Position numbers and translations under genes: made by a program. DNA of 62,508 nucleotides, the filler included, from Stramenopiles sp. TOSAG23-3 (Eukaryota): the NCBI GenBank assembly GCA_900128585.1. It is 6 parts of 6 records of this genome, joined end to end, with 100 filler letters (N's around TTAATTAATTAA, not from the genome) between each part and the next. Parts side by side here need not be neighbours in the genome. Positions count along the whole stretch, not along the records: positions 1 to 26,861 come from LT642266.1; 5 more parts are not named here. One strand, written 5' to 3'. Under the pieces are notes generated by a model, which saw nothing but the letters and a program-made list of their open reading frames with translations, searched no databases and had not been told where the DNA came from. The stretch's first letter is position 1. Every line of letters begins with the position of its first letter. Positions 10,599 through 22,700 of the stretch are shown here, piece after piece.

Positions 10599-11082
10599 TG
10601 CAAGAACGACTGCTATATTCTCCGTAACTGTTTGCCTACGAAGACCTATTAACTTTCTATCAACGTATGAAACGATTTTTGAATCATTTGCATGACTGGT
10701 GATCAATTTTAACAACATAAAAAAGGAAGGACCGACAAGGAGCAGGAAAACTAATCGACACCCATCAACAAAAATAATAATACAAAATGTGTGGTGTATT
10801 TTTTTATTATTATTATTATTTAATATTTTTGGTTGTTGTTGTTGGTCGGCGGTGGTGGTTTTATTGTATAATATGAGTGATGGGGAGAAGAAGAAAAGAA
10901 GACAACAAAGAAATCTCATTCTTCTTCTTCTTCGGTACCCGTACTTGTAACGCTACCGTACCGTAGTCGTTATTAATATTATAGACGACGACTATTAGCT
11001 TATGAACAAAATAAAAATACATACACATAGCAGGATCGAAACACAGAATGAAAAAAATATTACAATAATACAAATAATAAAC

Positions 11083-12852
11083 TCACTGGTTCATATTCCT
11101 CAACCCACCTTTTATGTCCAGAGCAACATCATGCTCATGTTGCTGACCAAATGTCCTATTGTTTTCAGAATCTATTACTATGGGCGATTCCCCGACTTTT
11201 ATCGTCCTTACTTCTAAAAAGTCTGTTTTGTCGCATTTGCCTTTTCCACTCTTATTTCGTGCAAGGAGTTTCAATACGTAATCGGTGCTTTCGCTGAGTT
11301 TCTTCACGGTGTATGTGTTGCCAGCGTAGGGCTTGGAGATCCGTCCTAGGGCCTTCCAGGATTGTTTTCCGCGGCGTTGGCGCGGCCCACCGATAACGAT
11401 TATTTCGTCGACATCGATTCGGCGAGATTTACTTTTTAACAGCTGTTTCCACTCCAGGGTAACTTTGGTGGCCTCTATTTTCACCGCTCGGATCGCTTTA
11501 ATAACCTTTGGGCGCTTCCACATTCGCACTGGAACCGACTCTGAACTATTTGCACCCCGCCCCATCCCATTTACAACAGCAACGCGAGCAACATATTCAA
11601 CGTCATCGAAGAGCCCGTCAATCCGGCTTTGGAACAGTGGGGTCAACGTTTCCTCTAAAGCCAGCATCTTCTCCCTCAGCTTCTTGGACGAATTGATCTG
11701 ACACTCTGGAGACTTGCGCAGGAAGTCGATGAATTCGCGTTTACTGACCGAGCCACTGTCGTCGGCGTCCAATTCCTCAAATAGTCTCTTGACTTCCTCG
11801 TCTATCTCATCGTCGTCATCGAAATTACTAAAAAAACCAGGGTCCATATGAAGAATGGCACCTTTTAGCTCGTTTCTACTGATGCCCCCATCCCCGTCTT
11901 CATCGATCCCCTTGTACGTTTTGTCCGTCGCAGTTTCAGCCACCATAAAGGTTTCGAAAGCGTCATCCCACGTCTCCGCTTCGCTTTCCTTCAACTCAAT
12001 GATGTAGCCGTTCACGGGCAAGTCCGTCTCCTCAGGTTCGTATTTGGAAAACTTGACAACAACGGCGGCCCCTGTAGAGTTTGCCGACTCCACACGTTTG
12101 ATAGAAGGGGCTGGCAGCTTGGTAGGCGGTTGCAACTTGTTCACCTCCTTGAAGAGGGACCGGATCTTGTCGTTGGCCGCAACGTCAAATGCGGACAGGG
12201 AATATTCCAGGTCGCACGGGCTGACCAACGCGCCATTTTTCAGCAAGAACTTGACAACGCCAGGGTGCCCTTGTTGGCACGCGAGGAAGAGGGGCGTGCA
12301 ACCCGCCCCATTGACAGCGTTTAGATTCGCGCCAGCCTTCTCCAACAGTTCACAGATCTTTATGTGCCCTTGGTACGCTGCGTAGTGAAGGGGAGTGTAC
12401 TTGTCCCCGAACGGCGTGGGGTCCCTTTGGTTGGCCAAGTTTAGGCCTCGTTTTTGACTAAGGTCCAGAAAGTGTTTGACTATCTCTTTTTGATCTTCCC
12501 AGCAAGCCTTGAAAATGTCCGTTTTGCTCTTCTTTACCGCCTGCTCCGCCAGCTTTCTAAGGTCGTTCGAACCCGTCTTCTCGGTCCACCAGGCAATAAA
12601 CTCTCTCTTGGACAACACCCCGTCTCCGGAAGAGTCCAGATCGGCCATAATATCATCAATGTGGTGTTCGTCGTCGTTCAGAAAATTCTCATCTATTGAT
12701 TCAATCAAGGCTTGCAACTCGGTAGAATTTATGGTCCCATCGCCGTTTTCGTCAAATTTCTTCCACGCCTCTTCTATCGTGACTTGCAAGTTGGTTTCCG
12801 ATTCGTCCAGAACGCCGTCGTTGTTAACGTCAAATAAGTTCGAGGAGGACAT
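11083..12852 (-). CDS. EF-hand / ankyrin-repeat / fibronectin type III protein
   Basis: Five EF loops (DVNNDGVLDESE, DENGDGTINSTE, DSSGDGVLSKRE, DEDGDGGISRNE, DADDSGSVSKRE), ankyrin repeats (TPLHYAAYQGH, TPLFLACQQGH) and two FN3 signatures (GLFDDVEYVARVAVVNGMG, KLSESTDYVLKLLARNKSG). Confidence 0.88.
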   Translation of the reverse strand: MSSSNLFDVNNDGVLDESETNLQVTIEEAWKKFDENGDGTINSTELQALIESIDENFLNDDEHHIDDIMADLDSSGDGVLSKREFIAWWTEKTGSNDLRKLAEQAVKKSKTDIFKACWEDQKEIVKHFLDLSQKRGLNLANQRDPTPFGDKYTPLHYAAYQGHIKICELLEKAGANLNAVNGAGCTPLFLACQQGHPGVVKFLLKNGALVSPCDLEYSLSAFDVAANDKIRSLFKEVNKLQPPTKLPAPSIKRVESANSTGAAVVVKFSKYEPEETDLPVNGYIIELKESEAETWDDAFETFMVAETATDKTYKGIDEDGDGGISRNELKGAILHMDPGFFSNFDDDDEIDEEVKRLFEELDADDSGSVSKREFIDFLRKSPECQINSSKKLREKMLALEETLTPLFQSRIDGLFDDVEYVARVAVVNGMGRGANSSESVPVRMWKRPKVIKAIRAVKIEATKVTLEWKQLLKSKSRRIDVDEIIVIGGPRQRRGKQSWKALGRISKPYAGNTYTVKKLSESTDYVLKLLARNKSGKGKCDKTDFLEVRTIKVGESPIVIDSENNRTFGQQHEHDVALDIKGGLRNMNQ

Positions 12853-14180
12853 CGCACGTTATTGTTTTGTTTCGCTGGAATAGGTTCGGCTTTGCAGTAA
12901 GTTCCAACAAAAAAAGGTGATTCTTCAACACCTGTTAAAATGAATACAAGAATTCTATTCACTATATATAACCCTTCTAAGAATATTTCCTTTACGTTTA
13001 TAAAAGCCAAATTTTTAATTTCTTTCTTGCCTTCTCTCTTTCGTTCATTTGTTTGTTTAATAACGTGCCATGAGATATCGTGAGATGATTGACATGAGTT
13101 AGTGTAGTGTGTAGAAGAAGAAGAAGAAAGAAAGAAGAAGATAGATGTTTTTTCTATTTTTTAAAAAATAAAACAACATACACCACACAGTATAGAAATA
13201 GTGGCAAGGGGTGGTCGGATTTTTCAGAGTTCGTTTTTTCTTTTTTCTTCTATTCTTCTTCGTTCAGATTTTGCTTTTTTTTTTTTTTTTTTTGAAATAA
13301 TAATAATTTTATATTGGTTCTTCTTCTTTCTTCTTATAATAAATAATAGTCGTCTAATTAATACAGAATACAGAAGAGAAGTACAACAAACACAACAACA
13401 ACACAAAATAATCACAAAGACTTTATTATAACATAAGAATACCATTGTATTTGAAAAAACAAACAAACATGGAATATAACTGCCGCCGCTCAGAAATGAT
13501 AAAAAATAATTAGCTATAAAAATAAGAATAAATTCTTCTTCATTTAAACTGTATTGTCCTCATCTATAGAAATATTTAATATTATTTGACCTACTACTTC
13601 TACTCATCGTAATAAAATACTAGAGAATAGTACTCGTCGTAGTTCTATAATAAATTGTTTTATTTATTTATGAAATTAAAATATACGAAAACGAAGTGAG
13701 ATGTAGGTAACATACCATCATAATTATGTAGTAAATATAATTTTAACACTACGAGTCTATATAGTAATACTACGAGTAGAAGTAGGTCTATTTATTATCC
13801 GAACAAACAGGAAGAATTAATAATTAATTGAGAAAAAAAAATAAAAAAATTTGGTGTTTTAGTTTCAAGTATATTATACCCGTAGTGTATTATATTTTAT
13901 TAGAGCTGCTATTATTATATATAGGTAAGGTACGAAGTGGATGGTGTTGTTAGACTATTATTACCAAGTATTAGTTGAAGAAAAAAATATATGGGGGATT
14001 CGTGGCGGCCTTTCTCGCATACTGTTTAAATTGATGTGACACTTCGAAATATGTCGTTATTTATTTTAGGATTGTAAAGTTTTTCAATTAGTCATCATTC
14101 GTTCCCTTGTGTTTGTTTGTAAACCGTCATTGCAGAGGTTAGCAAAGCAAAGCAGGTCATTTTTCAAACAGTCCGGTAGT

Positions 14181-15275
14181 ATGGCTTTTTCAAAGCGAGT
14201 TTTTGTGCTCGCCCTCTTCCAGTTTGCATGGGTCTGCACCACCGAAGGGTACCGTGATCACCATAGAAACCCAAAAGACCCTGGATCTCTGGACCATTCC
14301 ATATACAAACGGGAGGATGGGAAGCACTATTCAAGAACGTTGGACGTGCATTTACCGAAGGAGGAAGGCATGCATCTTAACGGAAACAATCGTACCATTG
14401 TGATGACCAAGATTCATTACAAAAATTACACCGACGAAGAGCGATTCGAACATTTCGACCCGTACAAGAAGATACCATCCCCCCAAGAAAAGGTCGGGTA
14501 CATACAGCGATTTCACCTTGAAAATGGCACCTTTATGGTGTGGTCTACCCCGCGGAAAAGGTACATCACGGAGTACGAAATGAGCTTCATCGAATTTGAC
14601 GACAAGAAGCCCCCCCAGGCCCAGTTTCACGATGAAAGCGGAAAACCGTACGATATCATTTACAATATAGCAGACGGCTCCCGCTACCGTTGGAAGGCCC
14701 GGATGCGGCGCGGAAAAATGAAAGGAAAGTACAAACGTTTTGGCGGGGCAGTGGTAGACGCAAGGCTGCGAGCTGCGGCGGCCAATGGCGACTACAACCT
14801 ATGCCGGAAGCTCTTGAACTACGAGCACGCAGATATAAACGCTGCCGACGAGGACGGAAACACGCCCGTGCATTACGCCCACGCCGGGGGGTGGGTTCAC
14901 ATCGTTCGGTATTTCGCCCAGCATGGGGGCGATTTGGAGCGTGCGAATGGCGCAGGCTTGTGGCCCTACGACGTGTACGAGGAAATGGCAAAAGACGACG
15001 AAATTTTGGCAGATTTGCACCATGAAATGCAAATGGTTCATTACAATCATTTCGTTCGCGACCGGAAGTCGGGACGGAAGCCGAAAACTTGGGAGCCAGG
15101 GTCTAAGAAGTACCACCATCGCCGCGGGCAGCCCATGGGGCATGTCCTGCCGAGCGGAAACCCCGAGACTGTGTGGCACAAACCGAATCACCACAATTAC
15201 CACCCCGACAACGAACACAGTGAGCACCCCCCAGAGAAGCGCATCAAGAAGATGCACCACCAGCAAAGGTTATAG
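14181..15275 (+). CDS. Signal-peptide-bearing, His-rich ankyrin-repeat protein
   Basis: ATG 14181 gives MAFSKRVFVLALFQFAWVCTTEG, which resembles a signal peptide. Ankyrin repeats: LRAAAANGDYNLCRKLL...ADINAADEDGNTPVHYA. Confidence 0.8.
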   Translation: MAFSKRVFVLALFQFAWVCTTEGYRDHHRNPKDPGSLDHSIYKREDGKHYSRTLDVHLPKEEGMHLNGNNRTIVMTKIHYKNYTDEERFEHFDPYKKIPSPQEKVGYIQRFHLENGTFMVWSTPRKRYITEYEMSFIEFDDKKPPQAQFHDESGKPYDIIYNIADGSRYRWKARMRRGKMKGKYKRFGGAVVDARLRAAAANGDYNLCRKLLNYEHADINAADEDGNTPVHYAHAGGWVHIVRYFAQHGGDLERANGAGLWPYDVYEEMAKDDEILADLHHEMQMVHYNHFVRDRKSGRKPKTWEPGSKKYHHRRGQPMGHVLPSGNPETVWHKPNHHNYHPDNEHSEHPPEKRIKKMHHQQRL

Positions 15276-15557
15276 AGAAAAAAAGCATTTTTTGAAAATT
15301 TCAAATTTATTTAATATTTCAAAAGCGTGTGTGCGCGCGCGTTTTATTTTAATCTGGCGTCTTGGTGAGACTAAAAATTCTCCAATTTTGAAAAAATAGT
15401 CTTCGATAATAAAAGCAGAGAAATTACAGGGCTTGATACGTTTTTAAATCTCTTTTCTTTCACAAATATTAAACATTTTTTTTAGATTTTGATTTTTACG
15501 GATTAAATGACAAGATATGGACACTTCGTAAAAAGAAAAAAATGACGAGCGGCAATT

Positions 15558-16412
15558 TTACAACCTTGTCCTCGCGGCCTCCACTTCCGACGCTATCGAC
15601 AACGTACTGGCCTTTGCCGAGCCGTACATGTCATTGATAGAGTACTGCGCGAAACGCGAAAAACGCAAGGATGCGCTGGTAAAGTAATTACCTGCCTTGT
15701 CAGTCCCTGTCCACACCACATACAATTTTAAATCGCAGTCTGCTGCTGTTTTGAGGCAGTTTTCCTGTCTAGGGTTTTCCCCATATTTGTTTCCCGCCTG
15801 GACTTGGCAGTTTTTCCCTTCCCCATCTAGTTTTAACGACTTCAGTGTGTCGTCTGTAACCTTAATTGTCGAGTTGAACTTTTGATTTTTCGGCAGAGTA
15901 AAAATATTTGAGACACAGGTCGTTGTGCTATCTTGGCAAAAGTGACAGCCATCGTCCCAGGTGATTCCCATCACTTCGCCTAGTTTCACACTTATCACCG
16001 CCGTCAGGACAGGGAACACAAGCCTTGCAGCCTCACCATCCTTGTTGAAGACTTTGTACGCTTTCGCCATGGATCTTTTCCCCATACTCTCCACATGGAT
16101 CATCGTATACTTGCACGCTTCCGAATAGTCGCCAGCGGCAAAGTTGCCACCGGCAGAGCACTTGCCCTCCCCGTTCGATATTGTCATCGGGGCATACGTG
16201 GCGTTGTTGTCGTTGAAAGAGCCACCCATCACAATACGAGTGTATTCGTCCGCTTTCGGGATGAATAACGCCGTCTTTTTACTATTGACGACGACGCAAA
16301 CATAAGTATCATCCCCCACCTTGTCAACGGTGGTTACCCCATCCGGTGCACACGCTTCCCCACAGGCAAGGAACAAGCCCAAGAAAAGAACAAGATGACT
16401 AACGCTCTTCAT
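15558..16412 (-). CDS. Secreted Cys-containing uncharacterised protein
   Basis: 284-aa ORF with N-terminal signal peptide MKSVSHLVLFLGLFLACGEA and globular-looking segments ITWDDGCHFC and CDLKLYVVWTGTDKAGNYFTSASLRFSRF. Function not recognised. Confidence 0.78.
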   Translation of the reverse strand: MKSVSHLVLFLGLFLACGEACAPDGVTTVDKVGDDTYVCVVVNSKKTALFIPKADEYTRIVMGGSFNDNNATYAPMTISNGEGKCSAGGNFAAGDYSEACKYTMIHVESMGKRSMAKAYKVFNKDGEAARLVFPVLTAVISVKLGEVMGITWDDGCHFCQDSTTTCVSNIFTLPKNQKFNSTIKVTDDTLKSLKLDGEGKNCQVQAGNKYGENPRQENCLKTAADCDLKLYVVWTGTDKAGNYFTSASLRFSRFAQYSINDMYGSAKASTLSIASEVEAARTRL

Positions 16413-17938
16413 GTTAAACTTCCAGGTATCAAATGGTTGCTACTACTAGGAAAAAAGTATCAATCACTTTCTATACTTCTTTCACTGACACGCGTTCAAC
16501 ACTTGCTCTCACATTCTTTCTCATAAAGCTATTCTGTTGCACACTATTGCGTAAGATTGGTGAGAACAAAATTACCAGAAGGTATAGTATTATATAATTA
16601 TTAGTAGTTTTATTTAAAAAAAAAATTATGTTCGTACTATTTAGGCTATATTGTAATAAGAAGAAAGAAGAAGAAAAGAAGAAGAGAAAAGAAGGAGAAG
16701 ATCATCGATGATGATGGTTTATTATTATTTTAGTGATGAAAATATCTTTTGTTTGTATTGGTTGTTAGTATAATAGTTGGTAGAGTACGAGTACTAATGA
16801 GTATAAATAATAAAAATACAGCGGAGGAAGAAAGTTCGTTCTTCTATGATGAGATGATGATAAACTCTAATATATTTTATATAGGATATATATATATTAG
16901 AATATAAAATAAGTACAATTAAATAAAATAAGGTAGAAATAATGAAAGAGAAGAAGAAGTAGGTTTACAAAAAAAAAATGGACAACACAACACAACTATT
17001 GTACTGTATAAAAAATAATAGCTAGACAGACCAGCCAAAAAACTATGAGGAACAGAAGGAGTAAAAAAATAAAAAGTGGAACAGGGAAGATCAAATATTC
17101 ATTCTTTAAATATTGTTTTATTCTTATTTCATACAAAAAATAAAACAATTTAATATATAAATAGAATGTGTTCGGACGGACTCTTTTACTGCGTTATACA
17201 TTACTTATATTCTATTCTATTTTATCGGTTCTATTTTATCTTCCTTTTTTCCTTTCTTCCTTTCTTTGCTTTTTTTCTCCTTCTTCTTTGTCAGTTGGAG
17301 AATATTCGACCTGGTGCCTGGTGTTGCTATGTTAGTTGTATTTAATATTATTTAATTAAACTTCTTTGGTAGTGTGACTACAGTGTATGTACATTGTATT
17401 GTGTCTTATTTAATCTATAAATAAAATACTACGGAGAGCAAGGAATGTCTTTCTTGTTTCTCTGTTGTGATGATATTAAATCCATTTCTTAGGAATAGAT
17501 GCTATGGCCTGTTCTATTTCTTTTCACGTACTGTTCTTTATATATTTATGTTACATAGAGACAACAGGGAAACTACGAATTATCTTATTATTTATCACGC
17601 ACTCTATTTGTATTATTTTAATACAGGTACATACCAAGTGCTTCAAGGTTATGCGGTCGTTTTTTAGTTGTGTTTCATTTCGTTTCTTCTATCTTCTTCT
17701 TAGTAGTACTATACAATCAACCATCATCATCATTAAAAAAACCACCATAATAATAAATAAAAATAAAAAATATGAACAACTAAAACCAAATTTATAAAGA
17801 AGACCAAACTGTATTGTACTCGACGTGAACAGATACAAATGGAATGAAACAATTTGCACCAGTTTCGTTTTCCACAGTCACAGAAGTATCGAGGTCAAGT
17901 TAGTATACCGAAAACAAAGAGCAATACAGCTAAGAATC

Positions 17939-18538
17939 ATGTCAGGAAAAACATGTCACTATAAATTAGTTCTTCTAGGAGACACAGCCGTTGGAAAATC
18001 GTGCTTGGTCGTTCGTTTCGTGCGTGACGAGTTCTTCGAGTTTCAAGAGCCTACGATTGGCGCAGCATTCTTGACGTCCACAGTTGATTTGGATGACACG
18101 AAAGTAAAGTTTGAAATTTGGGATACAGCTGGGCAAGAGCGATATCGCAGTCTTGCGCCCATGTATTACCGTGGGGCTGCTGCCGCTATTGTAGTCTATG
18201 ACATTACGAACAAAGACTCGTTCGTAGGCGCGAAGACTTGGGTGAAAGAGTTGCAAAGGCGTGGTGCACCGGACTGCATCATTGCTTTGGCAGGGAACAA
18301 GTCGGATTTGGAAAATCAGCGCAAGGTAGACAAGGCAGAAGCCGAAGAATATGCGGCAGACAATGCCATTTTGCACATGGGAACTTCCGCCAAAACGTCA
18401 TCAAATGTACAAGACCTCTTCAGAGAAATTGCGAAAAAGTTGCCGAAGGAGCCCAAAGTTGGCCCGTCCGAGGGCACCGGCGTTGTCTTCGATCCAAGCA
18501 AAACGTCGAAGCAAAAGCCGAACAAAGGGTGCTGCTAA
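17939..18538 (+). CDS. RAB5: Rab5 small GTPase
   Basis: [47 protein letters not shown] and a C-terminal CC prenylation motif. ATG at 17939. Confidence 0.96.
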   Translation: MSGKTCHYKLVLLGDTAVGKSCLVVRFVRDEFFEFQEPTIGAAFLTSTVDLDDTKVKFEIWDTAGQERYRSLAPMYYRGAAAAIVVYDITNKDSFVGAKTWVKELQRRGAPDCIIALAGNKSDLENQRKVDKAEAEEYAADNAILHMGTSAKTSSNVQDLFREIAKKLPKEPKVGPSEGTGVVFDPSKTSKQKPNKGCC

Positions 18539-19310
18539 GGTGTCCACTGCTGCTTATATATATTTTTTCCCCCCAAATCCTTACGGGCATGAAGAGGATG
18601 CAAGAACATTGAAAGAAGAAAAAAAGGCGAAAGAAAGAGAAGAGTAAGGTAAAACATTACTCCCCTTCTTTCTTCGTTCGTGTCGATCGATCGTGTAATA
18701 GTTGATCATCATCGTCGTCGAAATACAAAGTAATAGAGAGAAGCAAGAAAGAAAAAAAGTGCCAGATCGTGTCTTGTCACAAAAAAGTAAGGTGTTAATG
18801 TAGTCTTCAAGCCCTGTAGTAGATATATATATTTAGTTAAATATATTACACTTCCTTAAATACCAGAAGTTGATAAAAAGAACAAGAACAGAGCATTGAA
18901 ACAAAATTGAATAAAATCATGAATGCAATTCCATACGTAGTCCTATGAGTTTATGTATTAAGTACAGGTACACATAAAGGAAATAAGAGGGAAATNNNNN
19001 NNNNNNNNNNNNNNNNNNNNNNNNNNNNNNNNNNNNNNNNNNNNNNNNNNNNNNNNNNNNNNNNNNNNNAAAAAAAGGGTTAGAGTGTTTGTTGCGTTAT
19101 TAAAGAGTTCGTTAATAAAATACTACTCGCGATGACGAAGATGGTTCTCATACTACATTGATAATTTTTTATTCTCGCGCTCTTTTCTTTTTTAGCGATT
19201 GAAATTGTTGCATATTATGAATTCTAAGTTATCTGCTTGAAACTGCACACGTGTTGTATACCTTGTTATTAATATTTCAAAATATCTGTGTATAGGCTGT
19301 ATCGTATAGG

Positions 19311-19862
19311 ATGGAAATCGCAGCAGGCACGGCGCAGAGGCCGAGCGGGGAAACTGCCAAGGGTTCCCCTGGAAAAAATGTGGATGGCGTTCTGGAGAAA
19401 AACAACGTTAGGGTAGAGATATCAAGTAGCCTATTGGACATTTTGCGATTGACCAATAGCACTGCAGATCCCTCGTGTGGTGCTATTTCTACGTTTATAG
19501 GCACGACGAGGGACAACTTTGGCGACAAAATGGTGCAGAAACTTGAGTACGAAGCGTACACGAGAATGGCCTTGTTGGAAATGCTGAAAGTAGGCGAGGT
19601 AGTAAAAAGCAAATGGCCCGATGTGTTCAAAATTGTGTACGCCCATAGAGTAGGAACGGTCCCTGTCATGGAAGCAAGCATTGTAATAGCGATATCATCC
19701 CCCCACCGCAAAGCGTCTTTAGAAGCGGTACAGTTCAGCATTGACGAGTTGAAAGCAAGGGTGCCGATATGGAAGAAGGAAGTCTACCTGCCCGGCGAGG
19801 TGGACCATCAGGCAGAGTGGAAGAAAAATGCAGTGCAGGCGCGCATTCCCTCCGGGAACTGA
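19311..19862 (+). CDS. MOCS2: Molybdopterin synthase catalytic (large) subunit, MoaE family
   Basis: CGAISTFIGTTRDNF, LEYEAY, HRVGTVPVMEASIVIAISSPHR, IDELKARVPIWKKE. Confidence 0.95.
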   Translation: MEIAAGTAQRPSGETAKGSPGKNVDGVLEKNNVRVEISSSLLDILRLTNSTADPSCGAISTFIGTTRDNFGDKMVQKLEYEAYTRMALLEMLKVGEVVKSKWPDVFKIVYAHRVGTVPVMEASIVIAISSPHRKASLEAVQFSIDELKARVPIWKKEVYLPGEVDHQAEWKKNAVQARIPSGN

Positions 19863-20051
19863 TTTTATATGCTCTGCGGTGTGTATTATATAACTATCAT
19901 AAGAATCTTAACACTTATTTTTTAACCTTTCTCTTATCATTTCTTTTGGGGGGAAGAAATTATTGTTGTGAACCGGCGCGATTTTAAATTCCTTCTCTTT
20001 CAATGCGAGGTCCCATACATCCTGAACCCTCCCTCCCTCTTTCCTTCCCCC

Positions 20052-22045
20052 TCACACCGAATTTGGGATTTGGGGACAGCACAAGCTGTAAAAGTCATTT
20101 TTTGAAAATGTATCCACCCCTCTCCAACCACAAGGGGTTGCTTTGTACCCTTCGAGGGCAGCAATTCTGTTTTGTATCGGGTCCAACGCGTCTTCCCCGC
20201 AATAGTGAGGATCCAATATCAGGTACTGAACAGCCCCGCTAGCTTCATTCCAAGCCACGCCGAGAATGGTGAACGCCAGGTTGTTCCCCCCAATCATAAT
20301 GGGTGTACCCTGGGTTTTGAAATGCGTAGCAACGGTGCGCGCGATGTCGTTCAACTCTTCCCCAGACCGAATAAATATGATTTTAAAAGCAAGACCAGGG
20401 ATTCGATGCTCCAAAAACCTACCAACTTCTTGGGATCCGATCCAGTCTTTCGACCCTACGAAACTTCGCTTTTTCTCGCCGCACTCTACTAATGTCTGTT
20501 GAATGTCTCGGTGGCTGGGAACTAGAATGTCGGTGTAGTGGTTCATTCGGTACCAAGAAACAATAGTTTGAAGAGAACGGTAGGCGCAACCCCAGCCCTT
20601 ATCATCGTACCGGTTTTGCATGTAATGAAAGTACCGATACTTTCCAAACACAGTATATATCTTTCCACCCTCAACCGATTGCGACTTTTTGGTTGGGTCA
20701 TCGAGGCCCTCGTGGACGTTCATCAACTTCTCGACATCAGGGTCTTCGTCATTGTTACCAGCGTCTTGGCTCTCTTCTCCGTTGAACGTGGCTGCACACG
20801 CTAGTTTGAACTGGGGTCTATTTTTAGGAAGGTGCAAAGACAGTCGGTCATGAAGCTTTTCGCGGGCTGCAGGGTTTGCCGATACATTTGGCGGCAGCAC
20901 CAGGGGGTGCGTGATGGATTTTACCGGCGAGAAATAGTTGACTTTGATTCCAGTGGAGGCAATGTCCCCAGAAATGGCGGCCAGGCAGAGCTCTCCACAC
21001 GCTTGAAGTTGCCGTTTTACCTCAGGAAACACCCCATTTTTCAAAATTTCAGAGACCAAAGAGCCTAGTGGCGCATGTGCAACGACGTCTGCTTTTACCG
21101 AGAATGAGGTGAACGTGGTGCCCGCCGGAAGATCGCCCACCAGCACCCCAGCGGTGGGAGTGGCGACCGCCCCACCAGTGCTTCGAAGTGGCACAGTCAC
21201 GATTTGACCACATGGCAGCATCGTCGTTGCGCCTTGAAGAGGATCTGCCAGCGAAATATTTTGCGTTTTGGTCTTCTTACCGCTTTTGCCACCTTTCCCT
21301 TTCCTTTACCACTACCAGACGACGACCCTCCAGTACACCGCTTCAGGGTCCAACCGGCAGAGCCGCCGTTCGCGCCAATGAGAGATTCCACGGTTGTAAT
21401 CCTGCTTCCACTATTACTTGCCACCTCGCCGCCCTTGACATCCCACATGCTATAGTCTGGCATAAGGGCAAAAACAGAAGGGCTGCCTTCCAGCCTTTCC
21501 AGCACAGCCTGTACTTCCGAGGAAACGATTTTCGACAAAGCCTTCGAAGAGTTTGCGGAGACGGGCGGGAGGGGAACTACAATTTTATCGCTGTACGTGG
21601 CCCGGAGCCAGTGCTTTGAGCATTCTGCTCCCTCCTCCGACCACGGAGCTGGCTCGATACTTTTGCTGGAACCATTTACATGAAACGCTGTCTTCTGGTT
21701 GCTATCAGCCCAGAGTACTGCAACAAACCCATCCCCTAAAATATCTGCATACCCATTTTGTTGAAAGCAGATACTATCGATTAAGCCTTTTGCTTCTTCC
21801 AGTGTGTGCCGTTCCCCGGACGCAGGAATCAAAATACCGACGCAACTTAAACCGATGGGCAACATTGATATTACCCCTGCCCAATCCTCCTTTGGGTCAG
21901 AATTCTGTTGAATGAATGAAGACATTACAATAGTGCTATTTTCAGGACCTACCAGCCACGCAACATTCTGCAACGTGGTAAAGTCCGAAGTGGAAGAATC
22001 GTCCAAGGAACAACAGCCCCAAGTAACCGAAGCAGTTCCCACCAT
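20052..22045 (-). CDS. UFSP2: Ufm1-specific protease 2 (peptidase C78), with an apparent 1-nt frameshift near 21291-21297
   Basis: The C-terminal ORF has YFHYMQ, DDKGWGCAYRSLQT (catalytic Cys), WIGSQEV, TPIMIGG and ILDPHY. The upstream ORF (ATG 22045) overlaps it in another frame and supplies the long N-terminal domain typical of UFSP2. Confidence 0.88.
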
Positions 22046-22700
22046 GTCCAAAGATAGACACGCAAAATGAAACGTTGAAAAGAAACAGTCTCTTGCCGTG
22101 GAATATTAAAGTCTGCCTTTCTCCAGGAAACAGAAAATCATTCTAATGCTTGAATTGGAAAATACTGTAGATAAAGAAAAGGGTGACGACTGTGACAACA
22201 AAATGTTTGTGANNNNNNNNNNNNNNNNNNNNNNNNNNNATTATGATGAACAACAACGAAGAAAGAAAGAAAATGTGGCGGTGGGGTTGCAAATCTTTTC
22301 GTGCTTTAAAATTAAGGATATATATTATATTTGATGATGATCATTTTATTATTTAAATAGTATTTAATTCAATAAATAGTATATTTAAATACAAAATCAA
22401 CATATATCCTTAATTTGATGACTTTTGCAAATTTTTGTTGATATTCCCGACCCCCTCCTCCCCGTTGGTGGCGTCGTGCGGATAATACAATATAACAACA
22501 ATATATCCATTTTAACAATTGTTATGAAGTATTTAAAAAAGCAAACAGAATGTTGAAGGGCCACCTTACAAATTCATGCCAGCTCGTTTACAGGGAACAT
22601 ATGTATTTTTTTGCGCCCGTTTTTTTGCTGGGATAGTATATTTATAGTAGGGCGTATCCTTCTTGAACCATCGTTGACCGATATCGTTGTTGTCAGTCCA

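Noticed and set aside
10599-10919. Hydrophobic N-terminal extension of the LYRM7 ORF (similar extensions on the Rab5, NAGK, SETD9-like and CTL ORFs)
   Set aside because: Read-through into AT-rich upstream DNA, often from non-ATG starts. Family homology begins at the downstream ATG.
21245-21280. 36-nt GTAAGA...GGCAG intron as the fix for UFSP2
   Set aside because: Its length is a multiple of three, so it cannot restore the frame.
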